Origin: Hydrogenothermaceae bacterium
GTDB lineage: Bacteria > Aquificota > Aquificia > Aquificales > Hydrogenothermaceae
DNA: 64,000 nucleotides
Direction: 5' to 3'
NCBI GenBank assembly: GCA_026418455.1
Contig: JAOABH010000007.1
Span: forward strand, 17,554-81,553
A program made the position numbers and the translations under genes. The notes under the pieces were generated by a model, which was not told the origin of the DNA, made no database searches, and saw only the letters and a list, made by a program, of their open reading frames with translations. This document shows positions 18,638-29,103 of this stretch, piece by piece. The stretch's first letter is position 1; each line of letters opens with the position of its first letter.

Positions 18638-19759
18638 TTATCTAAAGAAAAACCTTATAGTTTTAGAAAAAATCGCATATACAAGTATTAATATCACTAT
18701 AGCTAAAAATGACTGAAAAATTAACAAATCCTTTAAAAAAATCATTAAAAAAGGTGTGATAATAAATATATATAAACTATATTTTAAAACTTTTTCATCT
18801 ACCATTTTGTTAATTTGTGGGACATCTTTTCCTTCCTTTGCTTTTTCTACATATTTCCAATTCCAGATAATTCTTGGGATTATATGTGTAGTTCCTCCTA
18901 TGATAGTCATCAATCCAAATCCATAAACCATCAAATATGTATGTATATACACCATTTCAAACTTCTTGCTAAGTAATATATATAAAATAGCTACTAAGCT
19001 TATTAAAAAATATACCCATCCTGTCAAGAAAAACTTCACAACGAAAGGCATATATAGAACTTTATCTTTGAGAAGAGATATATATATGATAAATAGAAAG
19101 AAAATCACGGTAATACCAACTAACATTCCACAGATAAATATCAAGTTAAAATTAAAAGTAAAGAATGAAAGAATAAATAGAAAGCTCACAACCAAATAGA
19201 TGTAAAAGAGTTTCTCTGCTAATTTTAAATCTAAAACTTTCATAGTAAGCATAGGAATCCATGTAATCTGAACACCCATAACCATATTTACCAATGAGCC
19301 TATTGTAAATATATGTATTGGAATTTGGTAAGGAATATCAGAGAAGTTGGTTAATAGTAAAGTTAAACCGGAAATATTCATATAAAATAGTCCGACAGAT
19401 AAGAATCTAACTGTTAAAGGTTTTATATTTTTTAATACTGTAATAATGTGTAAACTAAAAAGTAAAACTGTTAAGAATATTAGAAAGTTTGCAAGATTTA
19501 TTTTACCTAAAAGTGTCATAGATGAAGATATAACAGATAAAAGGAAAACCAAAAAAGAGAGATTTTCATAATCTAACTTTCTGGACTGAGAGTTTGGTCC
19601 TATCTGGTAAAGAGTGCCGATTATGATATTCTGTATAAATCCGTATATAACTATGTAACTCCATATTTGGAAGTTAGAAGTATAGAAAAAAGATAGGAAT
19701 AGATTTAAAAATCCAAATATTACAAATAAAGGCGTTATTTTTGATATATAAAACATCAA
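18638..19759 (-). CDS. polytopic membrane protein (10 or more TM), possibly NnrS-like
   Basis: Highly hydrophobic 373 aa with conserved-looking His residues (HTYLMVYGFG, THIIPR). Operon context with an Rrf2 regulator. Confidence 0.35.
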   Translation of the reverse strand: MMFYISKITPLFVIFGFLNLFLSFFYTSNFQIWSYIVIYGFIQNIIIGTLYQIGPNSQSRKLDYENLSFLVFLLSVISSSMTLLGKINLANFLIFLTVLLFSLHIITVLKNIKPLTVRFLSVGLFYMNISGLTLLLTNFSDIPYQIPIHIFTIGSLVNMVMGVQITWIPMLTMKVLDLKLAEKLFYIYLVVSFLFILSFFTFNFNLIFICGMLVGITVIFFLFIIYISLLKDKVLYMPFVVKFFLTGWVYFLISLVAILYILLSKKFEMVYIHTYLMVYGFGLMTIIGGTTHIIPRIIWNWKYVEKAKEGKDVPQINKMVDEKVLKYSLYIFIITPFLMIFLKDLLIFQSFLAIVILILVYAIFSKTIRFFFR

Positions 19760-20103
19760 AGTTCTATCTTTTTAATAGGAATAGGTGTTATAACTGCTTG
19801 AACTACCATATCTTCTATGGCTTCAAAACCATGAGGTTCATTTGGTTCATATATAACTGTTTCTCCGCAGTTTATATCTCTGTAAACATCTTTACTTCCT
19901 ATGAAAAATCTTCCTTTACCGAATAAAACAGTAACTATAACATCTGACGGTGATCGATGTAGCTCGATTATCTGTCCCTTTTTTAAAAAGAAGAGGACAA
20001 TTCTTCCATTATCTGTATCTATAACTTTCTCAACCACCGGCTTTTGAGTAGAAAACCTGTCTTTAAAGTTTTCGCTGTAAATAAATGTAGCCATATCTAT
20101 CAC
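19756..20103 (-). CDS. cupin domain protein
   Basis: Small beta-barrel size with His-containing motifs (ELHRSP..., EPHGFEA). Confidence 0.6.
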   Translation of the reverse strand: MIDMATFIYSENFKDRFSTQKPVVEKVIDTDNGRIVLFFLKKGQIIELHRSPSDVIVTVLFGKGRFFIGSKDVYRDINCGETVIYEPNEPHGFEAIEDMVVQAVITPIPIKKIEL

Positions 20104-20104
20104 C

Positions 20105-20536
20105 TCAAATTTTAATGTTTTTTATCTCTCCAGATTTTATTTCATCAGCTACTTTCTTTACAGATATATTAAACATATCATAGAGTCTCTTCCTCTCCTC
20201 AGCCCATTTGTTATGGATTGCACAGGGATTTGTTTCACTACACTCTTTAAATCCAAGAATACACGACTCAAAAATGTATGTTCCATCTATTGCTGATATT
20301 ATATCTATCAGTTTCACCTCTTTTGGGTCTTTTTTAAAATTTACACCTCCTTTTGGTCCTCTGAATGACTCTAATATACCTGCTTTTACCAATTTTAAAA
20401 GGTTCTTTGAGAGAAAGTAAAATGATAAATTCAGTGTTTGGGCTATCTCCTTTATGGAGATAAACTCCCTATCTTCACGGTATAGTGCTATATAAATAAC
20501 AGCTCTTATACTGTCTTTTGCTGCCTCTGTAATCAT
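20105..20536 (-). CDS. Rrf2-family transcriptional regulator (three-Cys cluster type)
   Basis: N-terminal wHTH (ISIKEIAQTLNLSFYFLSKNLLKLVKAGILESFRGPKGG) and C-x6-C-x5-C (CILGFKECSETNPC). Confidence 0.85.
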   Translation of the reverse strand: MITEAAKDSIRAVIYIALYREDREFISIKEIAQTLNLSFYFLSKNLLKLVKAGILESFRGPKGGVNFKKDPKEVKLIDIISAIDGTYIFESCILGFKECSETNPCAIHNKWAEERKRLYDMFNISVKKVADEIKSGEIKNIKI

Positions 20537-20538
20537 TT

Positions 20539-20988
20539 CTAACCTCCGAATCTCAGCTTAGCAGCCATATAAACGATTACTAAACCTATAAATAGATTTA
20601 TCACGCCCAAAACTCTTGTTATCTTTCTGTGGGTTTCACTTTTATTTGCTCTTGGACCAAAATATATATCGTGTAAGATAGCTATCAAGAATGTAAGTAT
20701 AAAGAGATGAATCTTGTCGTGAAGTAAGGAAGCATACTGTGAAGTTCTATTATATAAATCTGAAAACGAAACACCTAAGCTGTGCATATTACCTATTCCA
20801 GTTATAAATAGGATAGGTAATCCTATAAATGTTCCTACTATACTAAATCTTTTACCTACTTTTTGAAAAAGCTCAACACTATTTGGGAGTTTTCTTACAT
20901 AGGGAGAAAGAACAATAACCATAAACAACATTCCACCAACCCATATCATAGCAGCAAGTATATGTAAAGTTAAAATTATCTCTCTCAT
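20539..20988 (-). CDS. CopD/HemJ-like four-TM membrane protein
   Basis: LTLHILAAMIWVGGMLF and LLHDKIHLFILTFLIAILHDIYFG resemble the His-containing helices of UPF0093/CopD-type proteins. Confidence 0.4.
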   Translation of the reverse strand: MREIILTLHILAAMIWVGGMLFMVIVLSPYVRKLPNSVELFQKVGKRFSIVGTFIGLPILFITGIGNMHSLGVSFSDLYNRTSQYASLLHDKIHLFILTFLIAILHDIYFGPRANKSETHRKITRVLGVINLFIGLVIVYMAAKLRFGG

Positions 20989-21006
20989 CCTAAATTCCTT
21001 TGAAAT

Positions 21007-21028
21007 TTTAAGATAATTTTATCTTAAA
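21007..21028. promoter_or_regulatory. perfect 10-2-10 inverted repeat, candidate Rrf2 operator
   Basis: TTTAAGATAA-TT-TTATCTTAAA, 19-40 nt upstream of the first gene of the Rrf2 operon. Confidence 0.45.
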
Positions 21029-21118
21029 TTTGGAAAAAGTCAATGATAATTGTTGAGCTTGATTTAACTATGCAACTGATGTAGATTTTTATTTATTTTT
21101 TAAATTTTTGGAGGTTTT

Positions 21119-21961
21119 ATGGAGGTTGTAAAAAGTCCTTTAGAGATGCAAAATATAGCTTTAAATTTAAAGAAAGCTGGAAAAAGGATAGGATTTGTCC
21201 CTACTATGGGATACCTCCATGAAGGTCATCTATCACTTGTCAGGAGAGCTAAACAGGAAAATGATGTAGTAGTTGTAAGTATATTTGTAAATCCTCTGCA
21301 GTTTGGAAAAAACGAAGACCTTGATAGGTATCCAAGAGACTTTGAGAGAGATTGTAGCCTCTGTGAGAGAGAAAAAGTTGATTATATATTTTACCCATCT
21401 GCCTCTGATATGTATCCTGAAGATTTTAAAACTTATGTAGAGGTAAAGGACCTTCCAGATGTTTTATGTGGAAAATTTAGACCTGGACATTTTAGAGGTG
21501 TGACAACTGTGGTTCTGAAGTTGTTTAACATAGTCCAGCCAGATAATGCCTATTTCGGAGAAAAAGATTATCAGCAGCTTAAAATTATACAAAGAATGGT
21601 AAAAGATTTGAATGTTCCCGTTAATGTTATCGGTTGTCCGATAGTTAGAGAGCCAGATGGACTTGCCATGTCTTCAAGGAATAAGTATCTCTCGGAGGAA
21701 GAGAGAAAGTCAGCGGTTTTCATAAGTAAAGCTCTATTTCAAGTGAAAGAAACCTTTGAAAGAGGAGAGAGAGATGTTAATAAACTTAAAGATATGGGTA
21801 TAAACATTCTAAAACAGGCACCACTTATAAGAGAGATTCAGTACTTTGAGGTAGTCCATCCGGAGAGTTTAGAGCCAAAAGAGATAGCAGAAAGCAGTGA
21901 TGTTGTTGCAGTTGCAGTTTATATAGGAAATACAAGATTGATAGATAACATAAGATTGTAA
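21119..21961 (+). CDS. panC: pantoate--beta-alanine ligase
   Basis: VPTMGYLHEGHLSLV HIGH-like motif. Confidence 0.95.
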   Translation: MEVVKSPLEMQNIALNLKKAGKRIGFVPTMGYLHEGHLSLVRRAKQENDVVVVSIFVNPLQFGKNEDLDRYPRDFERDCSLCEREKVDYIFYPSASDMYPEDFKTYVEVKDLPDVLCGKFRPGHFRGVTTVVLKLFNIVQPDNAYFGEKDYQQLKIIQRMVKDLNVPVNVIGCPIVREPDGLAMSSRNKYLSEEERKSAVFISKALFQVKETFERGERDVNKLKDMGINILKQAPLIREIQYFEVVHPESLEPKEIAESSDVVAVAVYIGNTRLIDNIRL

Positions 21962-21970
21962 GGGGGTGTT

Positions 21971-22897
21971 ATGGCAAGGAATATTTTTAAGGAAGTTATA
22001 GACTCTCTATCTTACTACATTCAGGGTAAAGAAAAAGCAATTGAACTTACTCTCATATGTCTATTTTCAAGGGGACATCTTCTCATAGAAGACCTTCCTG
22101 GACTTGGTAAAACAACCCTTGCCATAGCGATTGCAAGGATACTTGGAATGGATTTTGGAAGGATTCAGGCAACATCTGATCTGCTTCCTACAGATATAAC
22201 AGGACTTTCAGTTTACAATAAAAACACACAGCAGTTTGAGTTTCATCCTGGGCCAATTTTTAACAACATCATACTTGTTGATGAGATAAACAGAGCAACA
22301 CCAAAAACCCAAAGTGCTTTACTTGAAGCTATGGCTGAAAAACAGGTTACCGTTGAAGGTAAAACCTATAAACTTCCCAAACCATTTTTTGTTTTAGCTA
22401 CCCAAAACCCGGTGGAGCAGTATGGAACATTTCCACTTCCGGAGTCTCAACTTGACAGATTTATGATGAAGATATCTCTTGGTTATCCATCGAGGGAAGC
22501 AGAGAAGGAGATAATAATGGGAGGGAGTAAAAGAGAGCTTTTAAACCAGATAAAACCTATAATCTCTAAGGAAGAGGTTGTTAAATTACAAGAAGAGATA
22601 AGAGAAAAGGTTTATATATCTGAAAAATTGGCAGATTATATACTGGATATAGTTTGGGCTACAAGGGAGAGTAAGTATTTAGAGAGCGGTTTATCTACAA
22701 GGGGAACACTTGCCATAACCTACACGGCAAAAACAAAGGCTTACTTTGAAGGTAGGGATTTTGTTATCCCCGAGGATGTAAAACATCTCTCTTCTTATGT
22801 TATCCCACATAGAGTTATATTTAAACCAGAATACGAAGCACAAAAAGAGGAGGTGATAAAATCTTTAATAAATCAAATACCACTTCCTTCAGTATAA
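21971..22897 (+). CDS. MoxR-like AAA+ ATPase
   Basis: EDLPGLGKTTLA, VDEINRATPKTQSALLEAMAE. Confidence 0.9.
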   Translation: MARNIFKEVIDSLSYYIQGKEKAIELTLICLFSRGHLLIEDLPGLGKTTLAIAIARILGMDFGRIQATSDLLPTDITGLSVYNKNTQQFEFHPGPIFNNIILVDEINRATPKTQSALLEAMAEKQVTVEGKTYKLPKPFFVLATQNPVEQYGTFPLPESQLDRFMMKISLGYPSREAEKEIIMGGSKRELLNQIKPIISKEEVVKLQEEIREKVYISEKLADYILDIVWATRESKYLESGLSTRGTLAITYTAKTKAYFEGRDFVIPEDVKHLSSYVIPHRVIFKPEYEAQKEEVIKSLINQIPLPSV

Positions 22898-23748
22898 GGA
22901 TAACAAAAGCAGGCTGGATATATATCGGGGTAACTCTGTTAATAGGTTTTGCCGCCATTAATACAGGAAATAATCTTCTATTTTTTATACTGTCAGCTTT
23001 TTTAAGTTTTATGGCCCTTTCCGGGTTTATAGGTAGGAGAAATATACAAGGTATAAAAGTAGAGATAGAGTTTCCACCTGAAGTTTATGCAAACACGGAT
23101 TTTCCAATAAAAATAAAAGTTAAAAACAGGAAAAAGTTTTTACCTACTTTTTTGTTGAGAGTGTATATAGAAAATGCTTCTGTTCTATTTTTGTTGGTAG
23201 AAAAAGAAGAGGAGATAACCACAAACTTTAAGATAGATAAGAGAGGTTCATTTAAATTGGATAAGGTTAATGTTTGCAGTGTTTTCCCTTTTAGTTTCTT
23301 TATAAGATGTCAAACCTATAAAGTGGATGTTGAAAAAACTGTTTTTCCTCAACCAAAGAGGTGTGATCTGTTGGAAAAGTTGATAGACAGTATAAGTAAG
23401 AAAAAAGGGGAAAAGATAACAGATAAACCTGGATATGAGGGAGATATTATCTCTATAAAAGATTACACTGCCTCAACACCTATGAAGTTTATCCACTGGA
23501 AAGCATCTGCAAAAACTGACTCCCTAAAAGAGAAAGAGCTGTCTCAAACTGGATCAACACCTATCATAGTAGATTTTGACAAACTTTCATACAAAAATTT
23601 AGAGGAGAAGCTTTCCTGCATCACTTACACAGTTTTAAAAGCTTCTAACTCTGATATAGAACTGTATATAAAATACAAAACGGATATATTCTACACAAAA
23701 GATAAAAATCAGAGATTAAGATTCCTAAATATAATTGCAAACCTATAG
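22894..23748 (+). CDS. DUF58 protein (MoxR partner), apparent non-canonical ATA start
   Basis: The frame is open from 22825. The region upstream of the track ATG (23011) encodes the typical DUF58 N-terminus (I)RITKAGWIYIGVTLLIGFAAINTGNNLLFFIL. No ATG/GTG/TTG is available there. Confidence 0.7.
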   Translation: MRITKAGWIYIGVTLLIGFAAINTGNNLLFFILSAFLSFMALSGFIGRRNIQGIKVEIEFPPEVYANTDFPIKIKVKNRKKFLPTFLLRVYIENASVLFLLVEKEEEITTNFKIDKRGSFKLDKVNVCSVFPFSFFIRCQTYKVDVEKTVFPQPKRCDLLEKLIDSISKKKGEKITDKPGYEGDIISIKDYTASTPMKFIHWKASAKTDSLKEKELSQTGSTPIIVDFDKLSYKNLEEKLSCITYTVLKASNSDIELYIKYKTDIFYTKDKNQRLRFLNIIANL

Positions 23749-23780
23749 AGAAAGTCTTATAATTTTCAGTATGAAACTGA

Positions 23781-25703
23781 TTGAAAATCCTCCTATTTAT
23801 GAATATTGAAAAGTTAGTAAAGATAAATACATACTTAGTATCTGGACTTATATATGTTTTAGTTTTTCCGCATATATCAGTGATATATAAGCTATCTTTT
23901 CTTTTTCTATTTATAGTAACTTTATATAGGGATTTTTTTAGGGATCTTTATATTCCCCGTATATTTTTAAATATAGCTGCGGTAATTTTGATTGTATTTA
24001 TGGCTGTAAGAACCAATATAAACGATATAGTAACTCCTGTGTTGGAAACACTTCTTCTACTTCTGTCTTTAAAGCTTCTTGAATATAAGAAGTTTAGAGA
24101 TTATATGCAGATATACCTGCTTATTACACTGATCTTTGCCGGCTACTCTATTCTTTCTATCAGTATGGTTTTCCTTATCTACCTGATTTTATTTATATTC
24201 TTACTAAACTTTTCAATCATATTACTTACCTACTACAACGAAGATAACAGAGTTCAACTTACAAAAAAACAGCTTCAAACTATAATAACTAAATCAGTGG
24301 TAATTCCGGTCTTATCTATTCCATTGACAGCTCTTCTATTTTTATTTCTTCCAAGGACTAACTATCCTCTTTTAAACATAATGCCAGGACAGTCTAAAGG
24401 GAAGACTGGTTTTTCTGATAATGTATCCTTAGGAGAGGTATCTTCTATACAAGAAAATAACCAAACTGTGTTTAGAGTCTCTATGGAGAAGATAGGCGGT
24501 GAAGTTTATTTTAGAGGCATAACATTTAATATGTTTGATGGTAAAAGTTGGAAGAACACTATTCCGGAAAATATAAAATCAAAGAAAACATTTCCCCCGG
24601 CGAAAACCGTCAGTTATACAGTCTATTTAGAACCAACCTATGACACGTATCTGTTTACAGTTGACGTGCCTTACAGAGTGGATTTAGGACAGAATAGACT
24701 TAACTACTATCCATACTTTCATAGAGATCTGACAGTTACCACATCACTTCCGATAACCCAAAAGATAAAGTATGATGGAGTATCTATACTGACTGATAGA
24801 TACGAAGATGATACACCTGTTGGTTATTTTCTTCTACTTCCACCAGATCTTTCCAAAAATGTTTTAAACTATGCAAAAAAATTTAAAGATAGTGATGATT
24901 ATAAAACAGCAGATAATATAGTAAAAGAACTTTTTAAGCTTGAGTATTCACTTGCAGACCTTCCAACGGGAGAAAACCAGCTTGAGAAGTTTTTGTTTGT
25001 AAAGAAAAGAGGAAATTGTGAGTATTTTGCAACGGCAATGGCTGTAATGCTTCGGATAAACAACATACCATCAAGAGTTGTTGGAGGTTATAAAACATCT
25101 ACGTATAACGATGTTGGTAAATACTATCTTGTTAAAGAGAAAGATGCACATCTATGGGTAGAGGCATATATAAATGGTAAATGGGTAAGATTTGACCCAA
25201 CACCACCAATTAGAACTCAAGTTATCCAAACCATAGAGAGGCCTTCTAAATTAAAACTTCTGTACGATACTATTAATTACTACTACAACGTGTTTATCCT
25301 AAACTATGACTTTTCAAAACAGATGGCTCTCTATAAAACCGTTGGTTCAAAAATCTCATCTATAAGAAAGATAGATATAGATAAGCAAAAGATAACTATC
25401 TACCTTATATACATAGTAGTAATATTAACAGTTGTATCTGTTTTAGCTCTGATTTATAGATATATGACAGAAAGTTATGAAAAGAGATTGGTACGGCTTT
25501 TAATTAAACAGCTTAAAAAAGCAGGTGTAGAAAAAAGAGATAATGAGGGATTTGAGGAGTCTGTTATGAAGATAGAAGATCTGTATCAGAGAGATAGATT
25601 CTTAAAAGTGGTTAGGGATGTTGAAAGTTATATATACGGTAAGAGAAAGATGGATAAGGTGGAGTTTGAAAAATTGAAAAAGGAGTTAAGTGGTATAATA
25701 TAA
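23781..25703 (+). CDS. transglutaminase-domain membrane protein (start uncertain: TTG 23781 or ATG 23799)
   Basis: N-terminal multi-TM region. Cys-His-Asp core: GNCEYFA...DAHLWVEAY...RFDPTP. Confidence 0.85.
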   Translation: MKILLFMNIEKLVKINTYLVSGLIYVLVFPHISVIYKLSFLFLFIVTLYRDFFRDLYIPRIFLNIAAVILIVFMAVRTNINDIVTPVLETLLLLLSLKLLEYKKFRDYMQIYLLITLIFAGYSILSISMVFLIYLILFIFLLNFSIILLTYYNEDNRVQLTKKQLQTIITKSVVIPVLSIPLTALLFLFLPRTNYPLLNIMPGQSKGKTGFSDNVSLGEVSSIQENNQTVFRVSMEKIGGEVYFRGITFNMFDGKSWKNTIPENIKSKKTFPPAKTVSYTVYLEPTYDTYLFTVDVPYRVDLGQNRLNYYPYFHRDLTVTTSLPITQKIKYDGVSILTDRYEDDTPVGYFLLLPPDLSKNVLNYAKKFKDSDDYKTADNIVKELFKLEYSLADLPTGENQLEKFLFVKKRGNCEYFATAMAVMLRINNIPSRVVGGYKTSTYNDVGKYYLVKEKDAHLWVEAYINGKWVRFDPTPPIRTQVIQTIERPSKLKLLYDTINYYYNVFILNYDFSKQMALYKTVGSKISSIRKIDIDKQKITIYLIYIVVILTVVSVLALIYRYMTESYEKRLVRLLIKQLKKAGVEKRDNEGFEESVMKIEDLYQRDRFLKVVRDVESYIYGKRKMDKVEFEKLKKELSGII

Positions 25704-25739
25704 AGTCCTATAAATTTGTTAAATTCCGGAGGTTTAAAT

Positions 25740-27065
25740 TTGTTTGAGCTTTTGGCTGAAAAATTTAGTAGTGTGATAGATAGGTTAAAGGGTGCAAAGA
25801 AGATAGATGAGAAAACACTTGATGAAGCTCTCAGAGATATAAGGGTTGCACTACTTGATGCAGATGTACATGTAGATGTTGTTAAACAGTTTATAACTGA
25901 TATTAAGCAGAAGTTTTTGGGACAGGAAGTTATAAAAGGCTTAACAGCCGGAGAGACGATAATAAAGCTTCTATACGATGAGACACTATCAATTTTAGGT
26001 GGACAAGAGCCACCTGCTTTAAATAAATCAGAAAAGCCACCAACCATCATAATGCTTGTAGGTCTTCAAGGAACGGGAAAAACAACAACAGCTGGAAAAG
26101 TTGCCAAACATTTAAAATCAAAAGGTTTTAGAGTAGGAGTCGCTTCTGTTGATGTGAGAAGACCCGCTGCTGCAAAACAGCTCTGTACTTTAGCATCATC
26201 TATTGATATACCTTGTTTTGTAGATGAGGAAGAGAAAGATGCTTTGAAACTTACAGAAAAAGTGATAGAAGATGCAAAGAAACAGGGATTTTCTTACATA
26301 ATCCTTGATACAGCTGGAAGACTCCATATAGATCAGGAACTTATGGAAGAGCTTGTAAAGATAAAGGAAAAGGTAAAACCGGCAGAGGTGTTGTATGTTG
26401 CAGATGCAATGCAAGGGCAAGATGCTATAAACACGGCTCAGGAGTTCCACAAAGCTGTTGGACTAACGGGAGTTATACTGACAAAACTTGACGGTGATGC
26501 AAGAGGAGGTATAGCTCTCTCTATAAGGAAGATACTTGGTGTACCTATAAAGTTTATAGGTACAGGTGAGAAGATAGATAACTTTGAGCCTTTCTATCCT
26601 GACAGGATAGCTCAGAGGATACTGGGACTTGGAGATATACAGACCCTTATAGAGAAGATGCAGGCTGCCATAGACGAAGAAAAAGCAAAACAGATGGCAG
26701 AAAAGGTAATGAATGCTGAATTTACATTAGAGGATCTGAGAGACCAGATTAGGATGATAAGAAGTCTTGGACCTATGGAGCAGATATTAAAGATGATACC
26801 GGGGATAGGTGGAAAGATAAAAGATTTAAAGGTGGATGAAAAACAGTTTGTTAAGATAGAAGCTATAATAAACTCAATGACTCCGGAAGAGAGAAGAAAG
26901 CCATTTATAATAAATGGAAGTAGAAAGAAAAGAATAGCAAGAGGTAGCGGCACAACTATACTTGAGGTGAATAAAGTTTTAAAGCAGTACGAAGAGATGA
27001 AAAAAATGATGAAAAAAATCAAAAAATCTGGTAAAATGAATTTTCCATTTAAATTGCCATTTTAA
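25740..27065 (+). CDS. ffh: signal recognition particle protein Ffh
   Basis: TTG at 25740 preceded by a GGAGG RBS gives the canonical MFELLAEKF start (the track start at 25716 is probably too long). [28 protein letters not shown], and a Met-rich M domain. Confidence 0.95.
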   Translation: MFELLAEKFSSVIDRLKGAKKIDEKTLDEALRDIRVALLDADVHVDVVKQFITDIKQKFLGQEVIKGLTAGETIIKLLYDETLSILGGQEPPALNKSEKPPTIIMLVGLQGTGKTTTAGKVAKHLKSKGFRVGVASVDVRRPAAAKQLCTLASSIDIPCFVDEEEKDALKLTEKVIEDAKKQGFSYIILDTAGRLHIDQELMEELVKIKEKVKPAEVLYVADAMQGQDAINTAQEFHKAVGLTGVILTKLDGDARGGIALSIRKILGVPIKFIGTGEKIDNFEPFYPDRIAQRILGLGDIQTLIEKMQAAIDEEKAKQMAEKVMNAEFTLEDLRDQIRMIRSLGPMEQILKMIPGIGGKIKDLKVDEKQFVKIEAIINSMTPEERRKPFIINGSRKKRIARGSGTTILEVNKVLKQYEEMKKMMKKIKKSGKMNFPFKLPF

Positions 27066-27079
27066 GGAGGTAAAAAAGT

Positions 27080-27313
27080 TTGGTAAAGATAAGACTTGCA
27101 AGAGCAGGAAGGAAGAAACATCCAGTTTTTAGAATGGTTGTTATTGATTCTAAGGCACCAAGAGAGGGGAAAGCTATAGAGTATATCGGTACTTATGACC
27201 CTATACTAAAGACAGGAAATATAAACGTGGAGAAAGCTAAAGAGTGGATACAGAAAGGAGCTCAACCTACAGAGAGAGCACTCAAAATCCTAAAAGATTT
27301 CGGAATGAACTGA
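27080..27313 (+). CDS. rpsP: 30S ribosomal protein S16
   Basis: [21 protein letters not shown]. Confidence 0.95.
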   Translation: MVKIRLARAGRKKHPVFRMVVIDSKAPREGKAIEYIGTYDPILKTGNINVEKAKEWIQKGAQPTERALKILKDFGMN

Positions 27314-27341
27314 AAAAACTCTAAAAAGGAGGAAGGCAGAG

Positions 27342-27581
27342 ATGAGTAAACTTACTGAAGTTGTTGAGTTTATGGCAAAAGCCATAGTTGACCATCCGGA
27401 GAAAGTTGAAGTTAAGGAGATCGAAGGTGAAAAGACCACCGTTATTGAGCTGAAAGTTGCTCCGGAGGATCTTGGTAAAGTTATCGGTAAAAAGGGTAAC
27501 ACAGCAAGAGCTATGAGAACAATTCTCTCTGCTGTTTCAAGAAAGTCCAACAAGAAAGCAGTTTTAGAGATATTAGAGTAA
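27342..27581 (+). CDS. KH-domain RNA-binding protein (YlqC/UPF0109 type)
   Basis: [23 protein letters not shown] motif. Conserved position after rpsP. Confidence 0.85.
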   Translation: MSKLTEVVEFMAKAIVDHPEKVEVKEIEGEKTTVIELKVAPEDLGKVIGKKGNTARAMRTILSAVSRKSNKKAVLEILE

Positions 27582-27588
27582 TATAAAA

Positions 27589-27607
27589 CTCCCCCCTTTA
27601 GGGGGAG
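27589..27607. terminator. GC-rich hairpin between convergent genes
   Basis: CTCCCCC-(cttta)-GGGGGAG 7-bp stem. On the minus strand it is followed by TTTTATATT, so it would terminate tsaE. Confidence 0.55.
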
Positions 27608-27614
27608 TAAAAAC

Positions 27615-28019
27615 TTAAGCTATCTTATCTATTCTGAAAATCCTACTTCCATCATCTGAAACTTCTATATCTATCTTGTAAACTGGTACGCCGTAATTTT
27701 TAAACTCATCTCCCTTAGGCCACTCTATAACTATCAAACCTTTACCGACTATATCAGAGATATCAAAACCATCCAATCTGTACATATCTATATGGTATAT
27801 ATCAAACTTTCCAGAAAAGTTATTCATAATTGTGAAGGTTGGAGATATTACATCTTCTGACACTCCAAGATGTTTGAGTAGGATTTTTGTAAATGTTGTC
27901 TTTCCAGCACCTAAGTCTCCGTTTAGTAAAATTATCTCATCTCCTTTTAGACTCTCTGTAAGATCTCTTGCAAAGTTGTCTAACTCATTTAAATCTTTTA
28001 TGAAAAATTCCTTTGCCAC
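27615..28019 (-). CDS. tsaE: tRNA t6A biosynthesis ATPase TsaE
   Basis: LNGDLGAGKTTFTK P-loop, 134 aa. Confidence 0.9.
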   Translation of the reverse strand: MAKEFFIKDLNELDNFARDLTESLKGDEIILLNGDLGAGKTTFTKILLKHLGVSEDVISPTFTIMNNFSGKFDIYHIDMYRLDGFDISDIVGKGLIVIEWPKGDEFKNYGVPVYKIDIEVSDDGSRIFRIDKIA

Positions 28020-28080
28020 TACTCTCTCCTGTTGTATAATTAATAATCAAATTTTAACTTAAAATCCGGAGGAATTAAAT

Positions 28081-28959
28081 ATGTTTTACGGCTCTGTAGT
28101 GGCACTTATAACACCGTTTAGAAATGGAAAGTTAGATAGAGAGTCCCTTAAATCCCTTATAGAGTTTCATATAGATAATCAAACGGATGCTATAGTTGTG
28201 GCAGGGACAACAGGAGAGTCCCCAACTTTAACCTACGAGGAACATCAACTTCTAATAGAGCTTGCAGTTGAGTATGCAGATAAGAGGATACCTATAATAG
28301 CAGGAACTGGAGCAAATTCCACTCACGAAGCTGTTATGCTTACAAAGTTTGCTGAAAAAGTGGGGGCAGATGGATCCCTACAAGTAGTCCCTTACTATAA
28401 CAAACCAACACAGGAAGGGATATATCAGCATTTTAAAGCCATAGCTGAGGAAACAAATATACCTCTCATCCTATATAACATCCCTTCTAGGACGGGAGTT
28501 GATATGCTTCCAGAGACCTTTGCAAGACTTTACTCGGACTTTCCAAACATAATTGGTATAAAAGAGGCTACCGGTAATGTAGCAAGAGTTTCCGAGACGA
28601 TATCTCTTACAAATGAAGAGGTTTTGATACTCTCAGGAGATGATGCTTTAACTCTTCCTATGATGGCCGTTGGAGCAAAAGGAGTTATATCTGTTGCAAA
28701 CAATATTATACCGAAAGAGATATCTCAGATGTGTAAACTTGCCCTTGAAGGAAGATTTAGAGAAGCTCTTGAAATTCACAACAGATACTGGGACCTGTTT
28801 AAAGTGTTATTTATAGAGACTAATCCTATTCCAGTTAAAACGGCAGCTTACATGATGGGATTAATAAAAGATGGAGAGATTAGATTACCACTTTACCATA
28901 TGAATCCAAAGAATAAAGAGAAACTCGAAGAAGTCCTTAAAAAGCATAATCTAATTTAA
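28081..28959 (+). CDS. dapA: 4-hydroxy-tetrahydrodipicolinate synthase
   Basis: GSVVALITPF...VVAGTTGESPTL...YNIPSRTG. Confidence 0.95.
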   Translation: MFYGSVVALITPFRNGKLDRESLKSLIEFHIDNQTDAIVVAGTTGESPTLTYEEHQLLIELAVEYADKRIPIIAGTGANSTHEAVMLTKFAEKVGADGSLQVVPYYNKPTQEGIYQHFKAIAEETNIPLILYNIPSRTGVDMLPETFARLYSDFPNIIGIKEATGNVARVSETISLTNEEVLILSGDDALTLPMMAVGAKGVISVANNIIPKEISQMCKLALEGRFREALEIHNRYWDLFKVLFIETNPIPVKTAAYMMGLIKDGEIRLPLYHMNPKNKEKLEEVLKKHNLI

Positions 28960-29055
28960 CCAGTTTATATATTTTGGATGCTTTTGTGTATTAACATTCC
29001 TGTTTGAAAGATTTAAATTTATCTGTTGATGAGTTTAGAGAACTAATATGATTTT

Positions 29056-29064
29056 TGGTATAAT
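29056..29064 (+). promoter_or_regulatory. extended -10 promoter candidate
   Basis: TGGTATAAT about 40 nt upstream of the TTG start at 29104 (RBS AAGGAGA). Confidence 0.3.
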
Positions 29065-29103
29065 TTTTGCCTGATTTTGTTAAATCTGTTTTAAGGAGAT
29101 GTC

